Source of the DNA: Lytechinus pictus
Taxonomy: Eukaryota
DNA length: 64,000 nucleotides
NCBI RefSeq assembly: GCF_037042905.1
Contig: NC_087252.1
Location: forward strand, 20,276,001-20,340,000
Direction of reading: 5' to 3'
In this document: one piece after another, positions 37,100 through 50,176 of the stretch
How the letters are laid out: each line of letters starts with the position of its first letter
Numbering within the stretch: the stretch's first letter is position 1
The notes under the pieces: model-generated
Told to the model about the DNA's origin: nothing
Databases searched by the model: none
The model's input: only the letters and a program-made list of their open reading frames with translations
Position numbers and translations under genes: made by a program

Positions 37100-40000
37100 A
37101 CGTTAGACAGACTCTTAAAAAAAGAGAGACAAATGGAGAGGAATATTTTTTTGGTGAAATTTCTAGGCCCCTAGACTGTAATGCCAAATGGAAGTCTTTA
37201 ATTTCTATTTACTGAAATCTGGATTGCTATTCGCCGTTGAAACCGATATAACTTAAAAAATCATTTCAAATAGGAACAAAAAATAATCTTTAAAGGTCAT
37301 TTTCGATGTTTCATACATAATAAGAGCCTACACATTTACTAGCTTCTGGGTGATTTTTAACAGCACTGCACCGGCAATGACCTGCCGTGTTGTTGATACA
37401 ACCGTGCATTACCGACACAAAAAGTCAAGTGTGGGACTGGGATTGAAATTGTACGGTAGAAAATTTGTTGAAGGTGAAATTTCGACCAGCGATTAAGATT
37501 TATTTTCACTTTTCCCAAAATAATTTTTTCCCTGGCATAGGTCTAAAATATATAAATTATCTAAAAACATACATAATGGAGAAAGAATTGTCTGAAAAAT
37601 GAATATTTTCTACTTACTCTCTTCCACAAACAGGATTGTTGTAAGCCATTATTTTGCTTTTTCGGCTAGTCTTGTGCTGCAGACCCTGTTTACAGCTGCA
37701 AATCGTCTGCAGATCAGCTGCAACTTGCGTTCAATCGCAAGCCTTTTTCTTGCAACGCAAATTGGCGATTGATTGCTAGTTGCAGTCGATCGGAATCGGC
37801 TGCAAAGTTGCAGTCGATTTGCAATCAATTGCAACGTAACTTTCTTGCAACGCCCCATTAGACATCATGGGCCTGACATATGGAATACTTTGCCAAATTC
37901 ACTCAAACAGTTAAGATTCATTTCTTATTGAATAAATATTCATAAAGTTAAATGGAAATTGTTCTTTCTCGTTCTTTCTCTATATCTTATGAAACACATA
38001 ATTTCAAAAACAGACAAAAACAACCAAATTGAAAATAAAACATACATTATGAGGAACAAGCGTACCCCCGCCATTATGCACCTGCACCCTTACGTTAAGA
38101 TATGTAGGATGAATAATAATTGTCATTGTTTTCTGGGGTTGCCATGCAGTCAAGCTTAGCTTATAGTGGAAACCCCTATACAACCTTCTAAAATTCGATA
38201 TGTATTAATAGAAAATGCAATTTTGTTCAATGTTTTGCTTGTCAGTTATACGTATTTTATTATTGTATTTTCTTTGTCAATGTGTTTATAAAAAAAAGTG
38301 TTGCAGAAACCAATAAATGAAATGAAAAATTTGTAATGTTGTTATGTTGAGTCGAAATGAAATATAGAAATATTGAAACTTGAAACGTTGTTATGTCGAA
38401 TGAGCGAGATTATCCTGCCATCTCTACAATCCGATTGCGCTTTAAAGCTTCCGTACCCTTAATTGTATCACCGTGAAGCGTGTCAATATTTTTGCACACG
38501 GTGAATTTACGTTTGCTACGCCCATTTGTTGCATCACGCACGACTACCATACTGATATTGTTGGTAGCTAGGGTATAAATGTTGAGGCGCCCATTGGAAA
38601 AGGTGGATTTATGGTCCATGCTCCCTTCGTTGAAAATTCTTTGCTCTCACGGTCTTAGCTGCTCTGATCTATGCGTGAACTTTCAGTGATTTGCATAGTG
38701 AGATCTTTCTTTTACAATACATTATTGGTACTTGTATTACGATCTTAACGTTGACTTTATCCAAGCGCCTTACAAAAAAGCGTAAGCGTAATTGATACTC
38801 GATAAAATTGATTTTGTTTGTAAAAGAAGTAGAAATCGGTCGAACAGAAAATGGAGGCATACCAGGTACGTACGCTTCGGTCTGACGAAGCCATGGAAAT
38901 AGATCCTCCAGAGTGTGCAAACATGGACGATGCTGTTGTTGGTGATGAACCAATATGGATGTGGGCACTGAGAAAGATGCCCAAAGTACTCACATTATAT
39001 TGCAGTTGGAGCTTGGATGTGTAAAGCTTCAAGTCGCGATTCCGATTTCAGCTGTAGATCAGAGCAGCCACCCGAAGCAATGATCCTTCAGCGTTGACCC
39101 CCATCAATCGTTCCCGGATCATAAATCGGGTGTGATTTTGGGGTAAATCACACTCAGGGCAATCATTTTGATGTACATGAAGACTAACACATCCACTCAC
39201 ACAACTCGTGTATTTATCCCCCCCCCCCTCTCTCTCTCTCTCTTTCCCCCGCTTTTCCTGTGCTGTGACACGTACATAGACACGATCTCACCTTCTCTCT
39301 TAGAAACATATCTCACACCCATAACAGCAAGCATACAGACACACACCATCGCAACACCCACACACATACACACGCTTCAACATACGCATTCATATACACA
39401 TGCAAACAAACAACACCCTAATATGCACACACACTCTAACATGTACACACATGTACACGTGCATACATACATACACACGCTTAATAAGGGACGTCTGATA
39501 CAGTAAGCGTTAAAGCGATGTTTAGCAAAATTATTATTGTCAGTATTAACATCATTTTACTAACTCATGCATAAAAACAATACACTCATATACAGGGACA
39601 CACACATTCACAAACACACGCGAAACACATACAAAAATACGAAAACATGCATTAAATGCACACACATGCTCACACAACCATATAGGTTTCTGCAGAAATG
39701 ATATTTGATTCGTAGGCATTGATGTATAATGAAGCAATTAGCTTCGTAACCATTTCATCGTTGTTCTTCTTTCTCTACGTCTGTCTTTCGTCCTAGTAAA
39801 ATATCAGTGCTGTTTCAGAACCACAGAACCAACAAAGGCATTAAAGATATATGTAGCTCGGTATTAATTAAGAGCCTTCATTTCAAAACGAACATTCTTT
39901 TTAGATTGTTCTTTGGGCCTGATGTTGCAATCGTGAAATGATGAAAAGTGGCCCATGACCACGATGACTGCCAAGTAAGAAAAAAATGAATCAAAAGTAC

Positions 40001-41414
40001 AAGGATTTACATCGAGCTGATAAATATTTGATTTGATTTGATTTATTGATTTCCGTTTTACAATTGTACATAATATGATAAACATAGCATAACAAGGTCG
40101 AAAATACTACAAGACATAATATAATATATATACAACATAATCATAGATTTATGAATTAACACTATTCTTATATCTGTGCAGGTTGGAAGCTGAAGGTAAT
40201 TACAAGCGTATTGGTTGCTCATACAGATACATGCATAACCTATGTTTCAAATCTTAATTATGCCAATTAATTCATTTGGTTTTTCTGCTGATGAAGGGCT
40301 TATTTCAGATACTTGATTAAGTGACTCCAACTGTGTTTTGGACCCCAAGTGGTTTTAACATGATAATATTTTGTCATAATACTCTCAGTTTCGTAAATGT
40401 CATAAAAGAGCAGTCTTTAGTAAGGGAAATGGCTTCGTCAGAGCAGAAGAAATTAAACATATCGGACATTGCGTGAATTTTTTATTATTTGTTTTTAATA
40501 TTAGGAGCTCAGGCTGAACATGCCTGACGATAGCCGACCATAAACGGAACATATAATGGCGCCTGATTACCGTCTTTTCCACAAAATAGCCTTTTGAAAT
40601 ACTGTTTTACTATTATCAACTTGTTGTATTATCATGTTAGTATTTCTTTTTAGAAAAAGAATAGGCATTGATCTTTGAAGCACACAATTTTTTGAAGCAA
40701 GCAGCATGCACATACCACTACCATTAAACAATAAAGTCAACCGGAAATAAGATAAAGATAAGGAAATAACTTTAAAAGAATGAACATATACAAATTGAAC
40801 AAATAAATTATTAAAGTCAGTTCTAAATGATTCTTTCTAAATACACGATAGTGGCAATGATGGCTATTTTTTTTAAAGTTATTAATTTCTTGCAAAATGA
40901 GCACTGCAATATATCGACCACAAGAAAAAAACACCAATAACTTCCTCCTATAAAACAACTCAATATAAAAAAAACACTGATGCTTCGTATCATGTTTTTT
41001 TTACCCGCGCGCCCTCAGTTTGCTACCATCCAAGGCTAACACATTCGTCATGATCGTCTGATATAATGCAATGAAACAGAATGAATAGAGGCAGTCTTGG
41101 GTGGAGATATTAATAACCATGCGTGTATCATCAAACTAGCTTAGCTAAAGTCAAGGTGATTTAATAAAATATTGTAAATATATGTGCATATATTTATTGA
41201 TCTATATATATTTATGTTTATTTCCTGTTTTGTACATATTTGTATTGTTTTTATATTATTGTGGAAATAAATGATTTGATACCTATCGCTGTAATCCGTA
41301 AACCTCTTTTGAAAGACATTGACAGAGCACAACCCTTTTTAAAGAGGAAGAGAGAGAGATAGAGAGATAGAAAGAGACACGTTAAGAGAATGTATAAACC
41401 GTATATACACTATA

Positions 41415-42146
41415 CAGTGCGTCCCACAAAAAACGAATGACCTACCAATGTAAAACTTAGAATATCCTCTTTCATCTAAATTCACTTAGATTGTTCCTCA
41501 TTCACGCATGAGTGAGCCAAAACAATTTGAAGAACGAATACCAAAAACACATTTGGCGGGGGTGTCTGAAGTTCAAAAAGAAAATAACTTGCCTGAAAAG
41601 TTCAATATCTGCTCTTTTATTTGACACCTTAATCACAGAAACAGAAAATGCTCAGGAAGTAAAAAAGTTCTGTTCCCTTGAAAAAATGCTTGTACTTCCA
41701 TAATTTCATTAAAATAAACGTGTTTCACCGGTTTCCCTCAGAAGCTATAGCACCGTTAACAAAAGGCTTAATGCATGGCTGGTCGACAAAACGGAGTGTC
41801 TGAACGCTAGCTTGTAAAAAGTCAAGCCTTATTTCAAATCACCTGAGCTTTTTATTTCTTCATAATTTTCTGTAATTGAGGTACCAAATCAAAAAAGAGA
41901 TATTGAACTTTTTAAAAATGTGGCTTTCTTTTTGAAACCCAGATACAGCCCGCCAAGTGATTTTTTGGCATCCCCTCTTCAAATCGGTTTTGCTCACTCA
42001 TGCGTGAATGAGAAATAATTCAAGTAATTTCAGATGAAAGAGAAGATTCTAGCTTTACAATGGTAGGTAATTTGTCTATTCTATTTGTGGTTAAGTGATG
42101 ACAAATTATCGATAAATCTCGGTTTCGTTTTTTGTGGGACACACTG
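41415..42146. mobile_element. Tc1/mariner-type MITE, TA TSD
   Basis: TA|CAGTGCGTCCCACAAAAAACGAA ... TTCGTTTTTTGTGGGACACACTG|TA; diverged long inverted arms. Confidence 0.85.
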
Positions 42147-42880
42147 TATATAGACCCCTCAAAAAAAGTTTGGAAATCTAACTTTGATCGGTAATCCCTC
42201 CTGGGTTTTAACGAATACTAATGAGCGATTGATACCAATGAATATATCATTTATTTCTCTTTAAAATGATACCCTACATGATATGATTATGGTTCACATG
42301 GAGGTGCAGTGCATTGAAATGTAGGGGCAAGGTCAAAATTCAAAAGTTGCAAAATGATACAATATTGAAGTCACTGTTCTTTTTCCGTGGTGATGAGTGT
42401 GTTTCACAGCGGTTTCTTATCTTTTTATGCACCTTAACATAAAAATTAACATGGAGATCTGCCGTGAGATAAGATGGTTTCAGTCGTGCTTTTAAATAAC
42501 CATGAATGTATGTTTGTTATGTGTTTGCTTGTGCAGAGGTGTACTCGATTGTAAAAAGATATTACTTGATTGCTCCTACTTGATTTCATGTATAATGTAT
42601 AACTATAATGATGATGATTACGATAACGACATGAAAGTGGATGATGATCACGCTTACTGTTAGTCTATGTACTTAAAAAGAATTCCATTGAATAAAAAAA
42701 TATATATATACATTTGCACCATGAAACTAAAGGAGGGGGGGGGGGTGGTAATTGTTTTCAACATCCCCAACCCGGAAGTTTTCGGGGATGCAGTATACTT
42801 CCATCATCACTGATTAACATTCTCAAGACTACTACCATCAACCAACGTAATTAACACTTTAACAAAATGAACTGGTAAAA

Positions 42881-44065
42881 GGCGAAAAATATGGTTTTAT
42901 ATTGTCTTTTTGAATGGTTGTTTGGATCCGAATTACAAACAGGCAGCAATGGTGTCTATTTGACTTGAATACAATTTTCATGAATTGCAAAACTGAAGAT
43001 GCCTTACAATAATCACATAAGAACATTATTTTCCTCTCTATGGGCAAACACTGTACATTGTAGCATTTTGGGATTTTCAATGCTTCCTCAGTTGTGTTTA
43101 ATCATCGCTATATTATGTTCGTCATGATCGTCTGATAATAATATCCAAATGAAAGAGGCCTAGACAGTATTTCTCATTGCCGAGAAGGTGAAGAACAGGG
43201 GTACCTCTTCCAGTCAAATTGAAACATAAATGGACCGGCTGCATTAATTTATGCATTTCATGAAATAAACTGATAAGATGCGAATAAAAATTATTTGATA
43301 TTATCTTTTTTAATGGTTCTTTGGATCCGAAATACAAACAGGCAGCAAAGATGTATATTTGACTTGAATACAATTTTCATGAATTGCAAAACTGAAGATG
43401 CCTTACAATAATCACATAAGAACATTATTTTCCTCTCTATGGGCAAACACTGTACATTGTACCATTCGGGGATTTTCAATGCTTCCTCAGTTGTGTTTAA
43501 TCATCTCTATATTATGTTCGTCATGATCGTCTGATAATTATACCCAACTAAAAGAGGTGTAGACAGTATTTCTCTTGGCCGAGAAGGTGAAGAACAGGGG
43601 TACCTCTTCCAGTCAAATTGAAACATAAATGGACCAGCTGCATTAATTTATGCATTTCATGAAATAAACTGATAAGAGGCGAATAAAAATTATTTGATAT
43701 TGTCTTTTTTAATGGTTCTTTGGATCCAAAATACAAACGGGAAGCAATGATGTCCATTTGACTTGAATACAATTTTCATGAATTGCAAAATTGAAGTTGC
43801 CTTTCATTAATCAAATACGAACAATATGTTCATTTCTATCATGTCTATGGGCAAACAACACTGTACATTGTATCATTCGGGGATTTTAAATGCTCATTAC
43901 TACATGTTCGTCATGATCGTCTAATAATAATACCCAAATGAAAAAAAGGTCTAGACAGTATTTTTCTCGGCCGGGAAGGTGAAGAACTAAGGTTCCATTT
44001 CATTTCCAGCGAAGTTGAAACATATTATGGATCAGCCGCAAGACTTATGCATTTCGTGAAAATGA
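42881..44065 (+). repeat. Tandem repeat, ~400-bp unit x ~3
   Basis: Units start ~42881, ~43280, ~43679; duplicated ORF-track peptides (YNVQCLPIERKIMF; GRGTPVLHLLG). Confidence 0.9.
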
Positions 44066-45711
44066 ATTATCTATTTTACTTGTACCTTGATGTTGTGAAA
44101 TTATTTGTCAGCTGTGATCAGTCGTAAAAGTAGTTCATTGCTGTTGTGTAAAGGTTACTGGAGGATATCAAATAAATAATGATTAAAACAAACAAAAACA
44201 AATTTGATGGGATGTGCGACTCATGTCCATGCGACATTTGTCCCTGTCTTATTGGGTGTAGGGTTAGAGTTGGGATAGCCTTTCGGCTTTCATGGGCTAT
44301 CCTGTCAAGGTATTCTTCAATATTATTTTAATCTCCTGTGATATTCCTGACGAATAAAATCAATCATTCAATGGGATTACAACCCGCTATTTGTTAAGAA
44401 TAAGCCTAATTTAAATAGGGTTTCCCATTGGAATAATCTTTGCCAGAGCAAATGTCATGATACCGGCTACCCCCCTTTTTTACATTCTGCATTGTGTTTT
44501 TTAAACTTTCAGTGAAATGGAAGCAGAAATTAACCAGTAATTAAATTACAAATTTTGTTTACATGTTCATGAATAATCTGTGATTAAAGATACAATGAAA
44601 ACTGTTTTTCATTTTTTATAAGAAAAAAAGACATTTCATTGTTTTTGTTTTAACACATGATACATGGGAAAATCACTTTTAATTTTTTTTTTCTAGTTTA
44701 CCAATAAACATTATGCCAGGGTGAACTTTCCGAATTGTGCGTCAGATTTGAATATTAGTAGAGCGATTTGACGTGAATATAGGCTGAATACGTAAGTCCT
44801 TACAAAAAAGTACCATCCTGATTAAGGTTTAGCAGTTTGGTGCAGACGAATTTTCTCTTCTATGATTAAAAAAAAGTTACCCTTTCCATTAGTCTAACAC
44901 TGAAATTTTATTTCTCTCACTCATGAGATACAATTTTCTTATTTAATTTATGCACATGTTGGGGCATTTTGACAATTATTTATTGCATGGGGGTTAAAGA
45001 GCGGTAATCTTTACCTCCGTCATTTTAACCTTTCCTATGTATATCTCTGCCATTTTTAGCCCTGCCATTTTTATATCAATAGTACCATAATCCCAGATAA
45101 CGTAATGAAACTTCCCTATACTACACATTTTCTCATAGATTGAAGAAGATTTGTGCAGTTGCCGCCTTTACATATTCCTTTTGCATGCCAGCAGATGCCG
45201 TATGATTTTTGTTCTCTTTTTCTTTCCTGTAATACATATATGTACGCATATCAGAATAAGTCTACTATACTTTCTTTATTTCCAAGGGGGATCCACACTT
45301 TACAAGCTTTGCTTTTTAGTGGATCCCCTCATTTCCATTTATGCTCTATATTATACTGGGTTTTTTTCAGTTTTTTTTTACGAAGTAAGAATGCCCTTCT
45401 GTAAAATTGTACTTGATTTGTATTACTTTATATTACGTTGTATTATGTTTTGAATGGAAATGAAATAAAAAAAAGAATTGAATTGAATAAAACAAATTAT
45501 CAGTTTATTGGCTTGGAAACGAAGTATAAAAAAAAACGATAAGGATTTAAAATTGTGCATAGGTCTACCTTACATGCAATAATTAATACGTAAAAGAATC
45601 CGTGTTTCTCCAATAAGAAAAAGACGAGAAAGGATTATGAAATTAGCATTCATTCAAGGAGATCGGACACATACACGCAAAAAAAACCAATCAAACAAAC
45701 AAACAGAGCAG

Positions 45712-45846
45712 GGGCCCGTTGCGGTCAATCGCAACTCTAAAAAAATCATGCGCAACTTGATTTTCAACCAATCAACAGCGCGCATTTGGGGCTTGCGACT
45801 GATTTTTTGACTTGCGTTTAAACGCAACTCTTTCTGCACTGGACCC
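45712..45846. mobile_element. Harbinger MITE, 135 bp, CAG TSD
   Basis: CAG|GGGCCCGTTGCG ... TTGCGTTTAAACGCAACTCTTTCTGCACTGGACCC|CAG; the 3' end matches 9362-9408. Confidence 0.88.
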
Positions 45847-46025
45847 CAGCAAAGATAAGGTTGGCATTACACTGTGCGTAACTTACACATATCAATCATA
45901 GTCACATAAGGGAGTTCTGCACTTATTTTGTTTTGGTTAGTAAAAAAATTACTTTGTTTTTGTTTTATGCAAATAATGATGCAGATTTTTAGCTAAGCTT
46001 AACCTTAAGCTTAACCTTAAGCTTA

Positions 46026-46349
46026 ATAGTATTTCGAGGGAACGAAATAATATTGCGTGGCCACGAAATAGTATTTCGAGGGAACGAAATAATATTGCGT
46101 GGCCACGAAATAGTATTTCGAGGGAACGAAATAATATTGCGTGGCCACGAAATAGTATTGCGTGGCCACGAAATAGTACAGATCGGAGAGATGAGAAATA
46201 ATATTTCGTGGGAACGAAATAATATTGCGTGGCCACGAAATAGTATTTCGTGGGAACGAAATATTATTGCGTGGCCACGAAATAATATTTCGTGGGAACG
46301 AAATAATGACGGAGATTTTTTCTCCTCATGTCACCTGGCGGGCTCCGTA
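46026..46349. repeat. 21/42-bp minisatellite array ending in a probable transposon terminus
   Basis: Alternating ATAGTATTTCG(A/T)GGGAACGAA / ATAATATTGCGTGGCCACGAA units, then ATGTCACCTGGCGGGCTCCGTA. Confidence 0.8.
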
Positions 46350-46956
46350 CATTGTCATTTCATGTATTGATGCAATCTATAACAGGTTTTGCTGTTTTTC
46401 TAAATCATTTCGTCCCACTCTCATCATGAATTCATCGTTTATATACTCAGCTGAGGATTAACGCAAAGCAGTGACGTCATTCTCTGCGCAAGTACTATTA
46501 GAAAAGAGTTCCATCAGATCTCACAGGCCTAATTCATTTTCCATAACTCATAAGTTAAAGTGGCTCTTAAAAGAATTCATAAAAAAATAAGGAAAAATTC
46601 GAGGGTTGAATGTTTACTACCAGTGGATAGGATAAATGTCTTGACATTTCATATCTGCCAAGAAAAGTGTATCTCGACCGGCTCATTTTAAAAATGAATC
46701 AGCATTTAGAAAGACTACACCTGAGTGGATCAAATTCACCACTTGAGAGAGTAAAATGGCCCTGATTCTTCCGCCAGTTAAAATATAGTTTCAAAGTGGT
46801 GATATATCTTTTTAATTTGGAAAAGAGGAAGTTTAGTAGGTACCCTCCCGAGAATCAGTGTTAGATTGTCGGTCATATTCATTCATTTTTGTCAATCAGC
46901 AATATCAAATTAAAAAATTGAGCTATGGTTTGGCTCGAATGAATATCTTTGGCCTG

Positions 46957-49900
46957 TCAGTTGTAGTTAGGCCTGTGTGACCACCATTTCGGACTTACTT
47001 CATTGATCACCCGACAGGTGGCGCTGTCCCCATATCCATCTCTTTTAACAATCCGCATGATTGCCTCCTGATTTATCATCTGCCCAGCGATCTCGTTGGC
47101 CGAGTTCATGAAGGCCGAGATGTCGACAGGGTTAAATGGAAATTCGACATGAGACGTTGTTGTTATGTTGACCATTCCCTCGGCGTATATTACCACAGAA
47201 GGCGTGGAGTTTTCAAATGGACCTTGGTCGGTATATCCTATGTTGTAGACAGTCACTGATGTTGTAAGGTTCTTGGGGAAGGCAGCAACAAGTTCCTGAA
47301 AAATTGAAATTCCGAAAGTTGAGACAGGCTCTTTGATATTACGATATATTTTTTTAACAAGTGAACACCTAGTTACCAATAATGCATAAATCATTTCCAT
47401 TTATCTGAATGCATGCAGGTTAAAAGAGCATTGTCGATTAAATGCCTTTCTAACGGGCATAGGTGCACAACCGGGGATGGAACCCGGACTTTCCATGTAT
47501 AGGCAGGCGCCTTAGACCACTCAGCCACGACACCTCCAAATGTTGATGATATTACGATATAATTGAAAATAGGGCATTTATATAGCGCACATTGATGCTG
47601 AAGGTGCTAAAAGCGTTCCTCTATTACCAAGATTACCCCGACCATGTTAGTCTACCGATTCAGATGCTCGCAGCTTTTCAGGAATTCGTTTTTGCCGGAA
47701 CTACCCCTTATCGACCACCTACTTTTCTAAGCATCGTATCTGCGAAAATATTTATCAGTATTACCTCGTTTTCGTCTTATTTGTGCAGATAATTGAGCGA
47801 ATCAGACTCCCGTGCTTCGATCGACGACTCCGATTCTATTCGCGTATATACCGGCGAACAACGAATGGGACGATTTCGCATTTGCTAATTTGCACTCACA
47901 AAGCTCCATAATTTATACATATTAACTAGACCCTACTTACACCCCCCTCCACACACACACATACCCCCTCACACATACACGGTATGTCAAACATTTACCT
48001 GTGCATCTGTGATCCACGGTGAAGCTTCCCCGTTCCATTCGATATCCTTGAATGTAGAAAGTGGCGCCATCTTCAATTTTGTTTCAAAATGGCGAGCTTC
48101 TAAGTTCTGAAACGCTGTGCCCTTGTTCAAATCCATGTTATACGACATGAAGTCACTTATTACCTATTAGATGATAAGCAATACAAGATGATAACAATAG
48201 TATTAATATTGATAGAAATGGTGGTTATAATTACGATTACTATACTTAAATCCTGCTGAACAAAAGTCCCTATATAAAAGTGCATAATTTCACTCGTTCT
48301 ACCACACCGCGTTTCAAGGAATGAAGTTGTCATTTACCTCACCTGAGATGATCGCAGCAGAATATGGTTAAATTTCTTGCCGGATAAAATAGACGCCCAA
48401 AGCAAGATTTGAACCCATTGCCCTCTGAATATTAAACAAACGGGAGCCAGAACCACTACACTATCAGGAGCCGCGGAAAGGGGAAGGGGGGCTGCCGCAC
48501 TTGTTTTTCCAAAACCGTGTACATAAACGTAAAAATGACCATCAAATTATGATTTTTTAATGGCCAGCCCCCCCCCCCACCCGTTCACTTTCACAACCGT
48601 TCTACGGCCCCTGCTATGACCCCTCCATACAATACAAATGAATTAAGTAAATTGATGGCACTATACTCTAATTATGGGAAATACTATCTTAAGTTTTGTA
48701 ACTGAAGAGTTGTTACGAAGCTTAAGAAATCCACTGTTTTGCTACAATGTCCACATTGGCCAAGAGCATTAGGCCAAAATAGGCTTAAGATAGGAAATTT
48801 CAGTTAACAAGCTTTTTTTTTTTCAGGATAGGTCCAGAACTATGCCTATGATAATATACTAAAGTCCTCATTTATCCTCCTAGAGGGTTTTCCGTTATTC
48901 AAGATGGCGTCCAAAATGGCCGCCATTCACACAAAATCGACATATATTATTAACTCACTCATTATCCACCCTAGACATCAAATTTTTGTGCATATTTCAT
49001 GGTTTAAAGGAGTAAAAAAGAGTTATTGATAAAGGTAAGAGTAAACATAAGCAGACCAGTATACCTAAAAATACAAGATGGCGTCTAAAATGCCCGCCAA
49101 AGCCTAAAACTCCACAATTCATCAAATACTTATGTTAGTATATTTAATTTTGTTTCTATTCAATACTTTTAAGGGTTAAGTAGTACATTTGGACAAGTTA
49201 CAATGACAGTCAGTGGTCAAGTATGTTCAAATATCCAAGATTACTTCCAAAAAACGGGGTCTAAAATGACTGATATTACTTACAAATGGACACAGTACAT
49301 TCAATATCTGCCTGGATATATGATTTTTGTGTCTAAACCATGGTTTGAAGGGTCAAAAATACATAAGGACAAATTTATAATACTTCAATAGAAAAAAACC
49401 CGAAGACTATAATTCTCCTTTTGGTTATCGCTCAATGCAATTAATGATATACTTTTCCTTGGAGACGAATTATCTTTCTTTGAATCATCTTTACAGTAAA
49501 TATTCTTCATGATAATTTTCTCACCTCTGCCAACAATGACCAGGCTTCAGTAGCAGTAAGCTCAGAGGGAATATCCCTCTCAACAACCTCTGGGGGAACT
49601 TCTCCGGAAGCGAACTGAAAGTGATTAACTCCCTCCATGACAATTACTGGTTTAGTTGCAAGAGCTGCTGGGTCCTCGGTCTGCAGTGTTTCTAATTCCC
49701 TGTCAGTAAAACAAAATAAAGTTTTACAGCATGCCCATTTTTCTTTCTTTTTTAGGGGGAGGGGATAAATATTGTATACATATAAAAGGTACGACATCGC
49801 CACTTTTCATGTTGTTCTGCATCACTTTATTGTGCGAAAAGCAATAAAGGAACAGTGTAAGAATGACAATACATATACATTTACACATTACTGACACAAG

Positions 49901-50117
49901 CAGGGCAGATTAACATAATGTTATAGTTACATAGTTAAACTACCAAATAAGATGGAACATTCGGTGAAAGTATAATAAACTGTTAATCATCAAGTTAATT
50001 TGTAATTAAAGGCCTATAAATAAAAATTTTCAGATTATAGACTTTCAATAATTATAATTATTGTTATTATTATAATCATAATTTCTATAGATAAATGCAA
50101 TAAATAACGGACATAAC

Positions 50118-50176
<59 letters not shown>

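Larger units (their letters stand above)
32068..37857. mobile_element. Non-autonomous PIF/Harbinger element, 5.8 kb, TTA TSD
   Basis: TTA|TGGGGTGTTGCAAGAAA ... TTTCTTGCAACGCCCCA|TTA; dense subterminal TTGAACGCAA/TTGCG motifs at both ends. Confidence 0.92.
31185..38330 (+). mobile_element. Decayed CR1/L2-group LINE (RT to 3' end), split by the Harbinger at 32068-37857
   Basis: GVPQGSILGPLLFLIY.ND, YADDTN, KFLGITIDKHLSW. Removing the insert restores PRTLLALTTL|RHHGPDIWNTLPNSLK. Confidence 0.85.

Noticed and set aside
46026..46305. Regular short repeats resembling a CRISPR array; repetitive ORFs (RGHEIVFRGNEII)
   Set aside because: No unique spacers and no cas genes, in a eukaryotic context. 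It is a minisatellite and the ORFs are artefacts.
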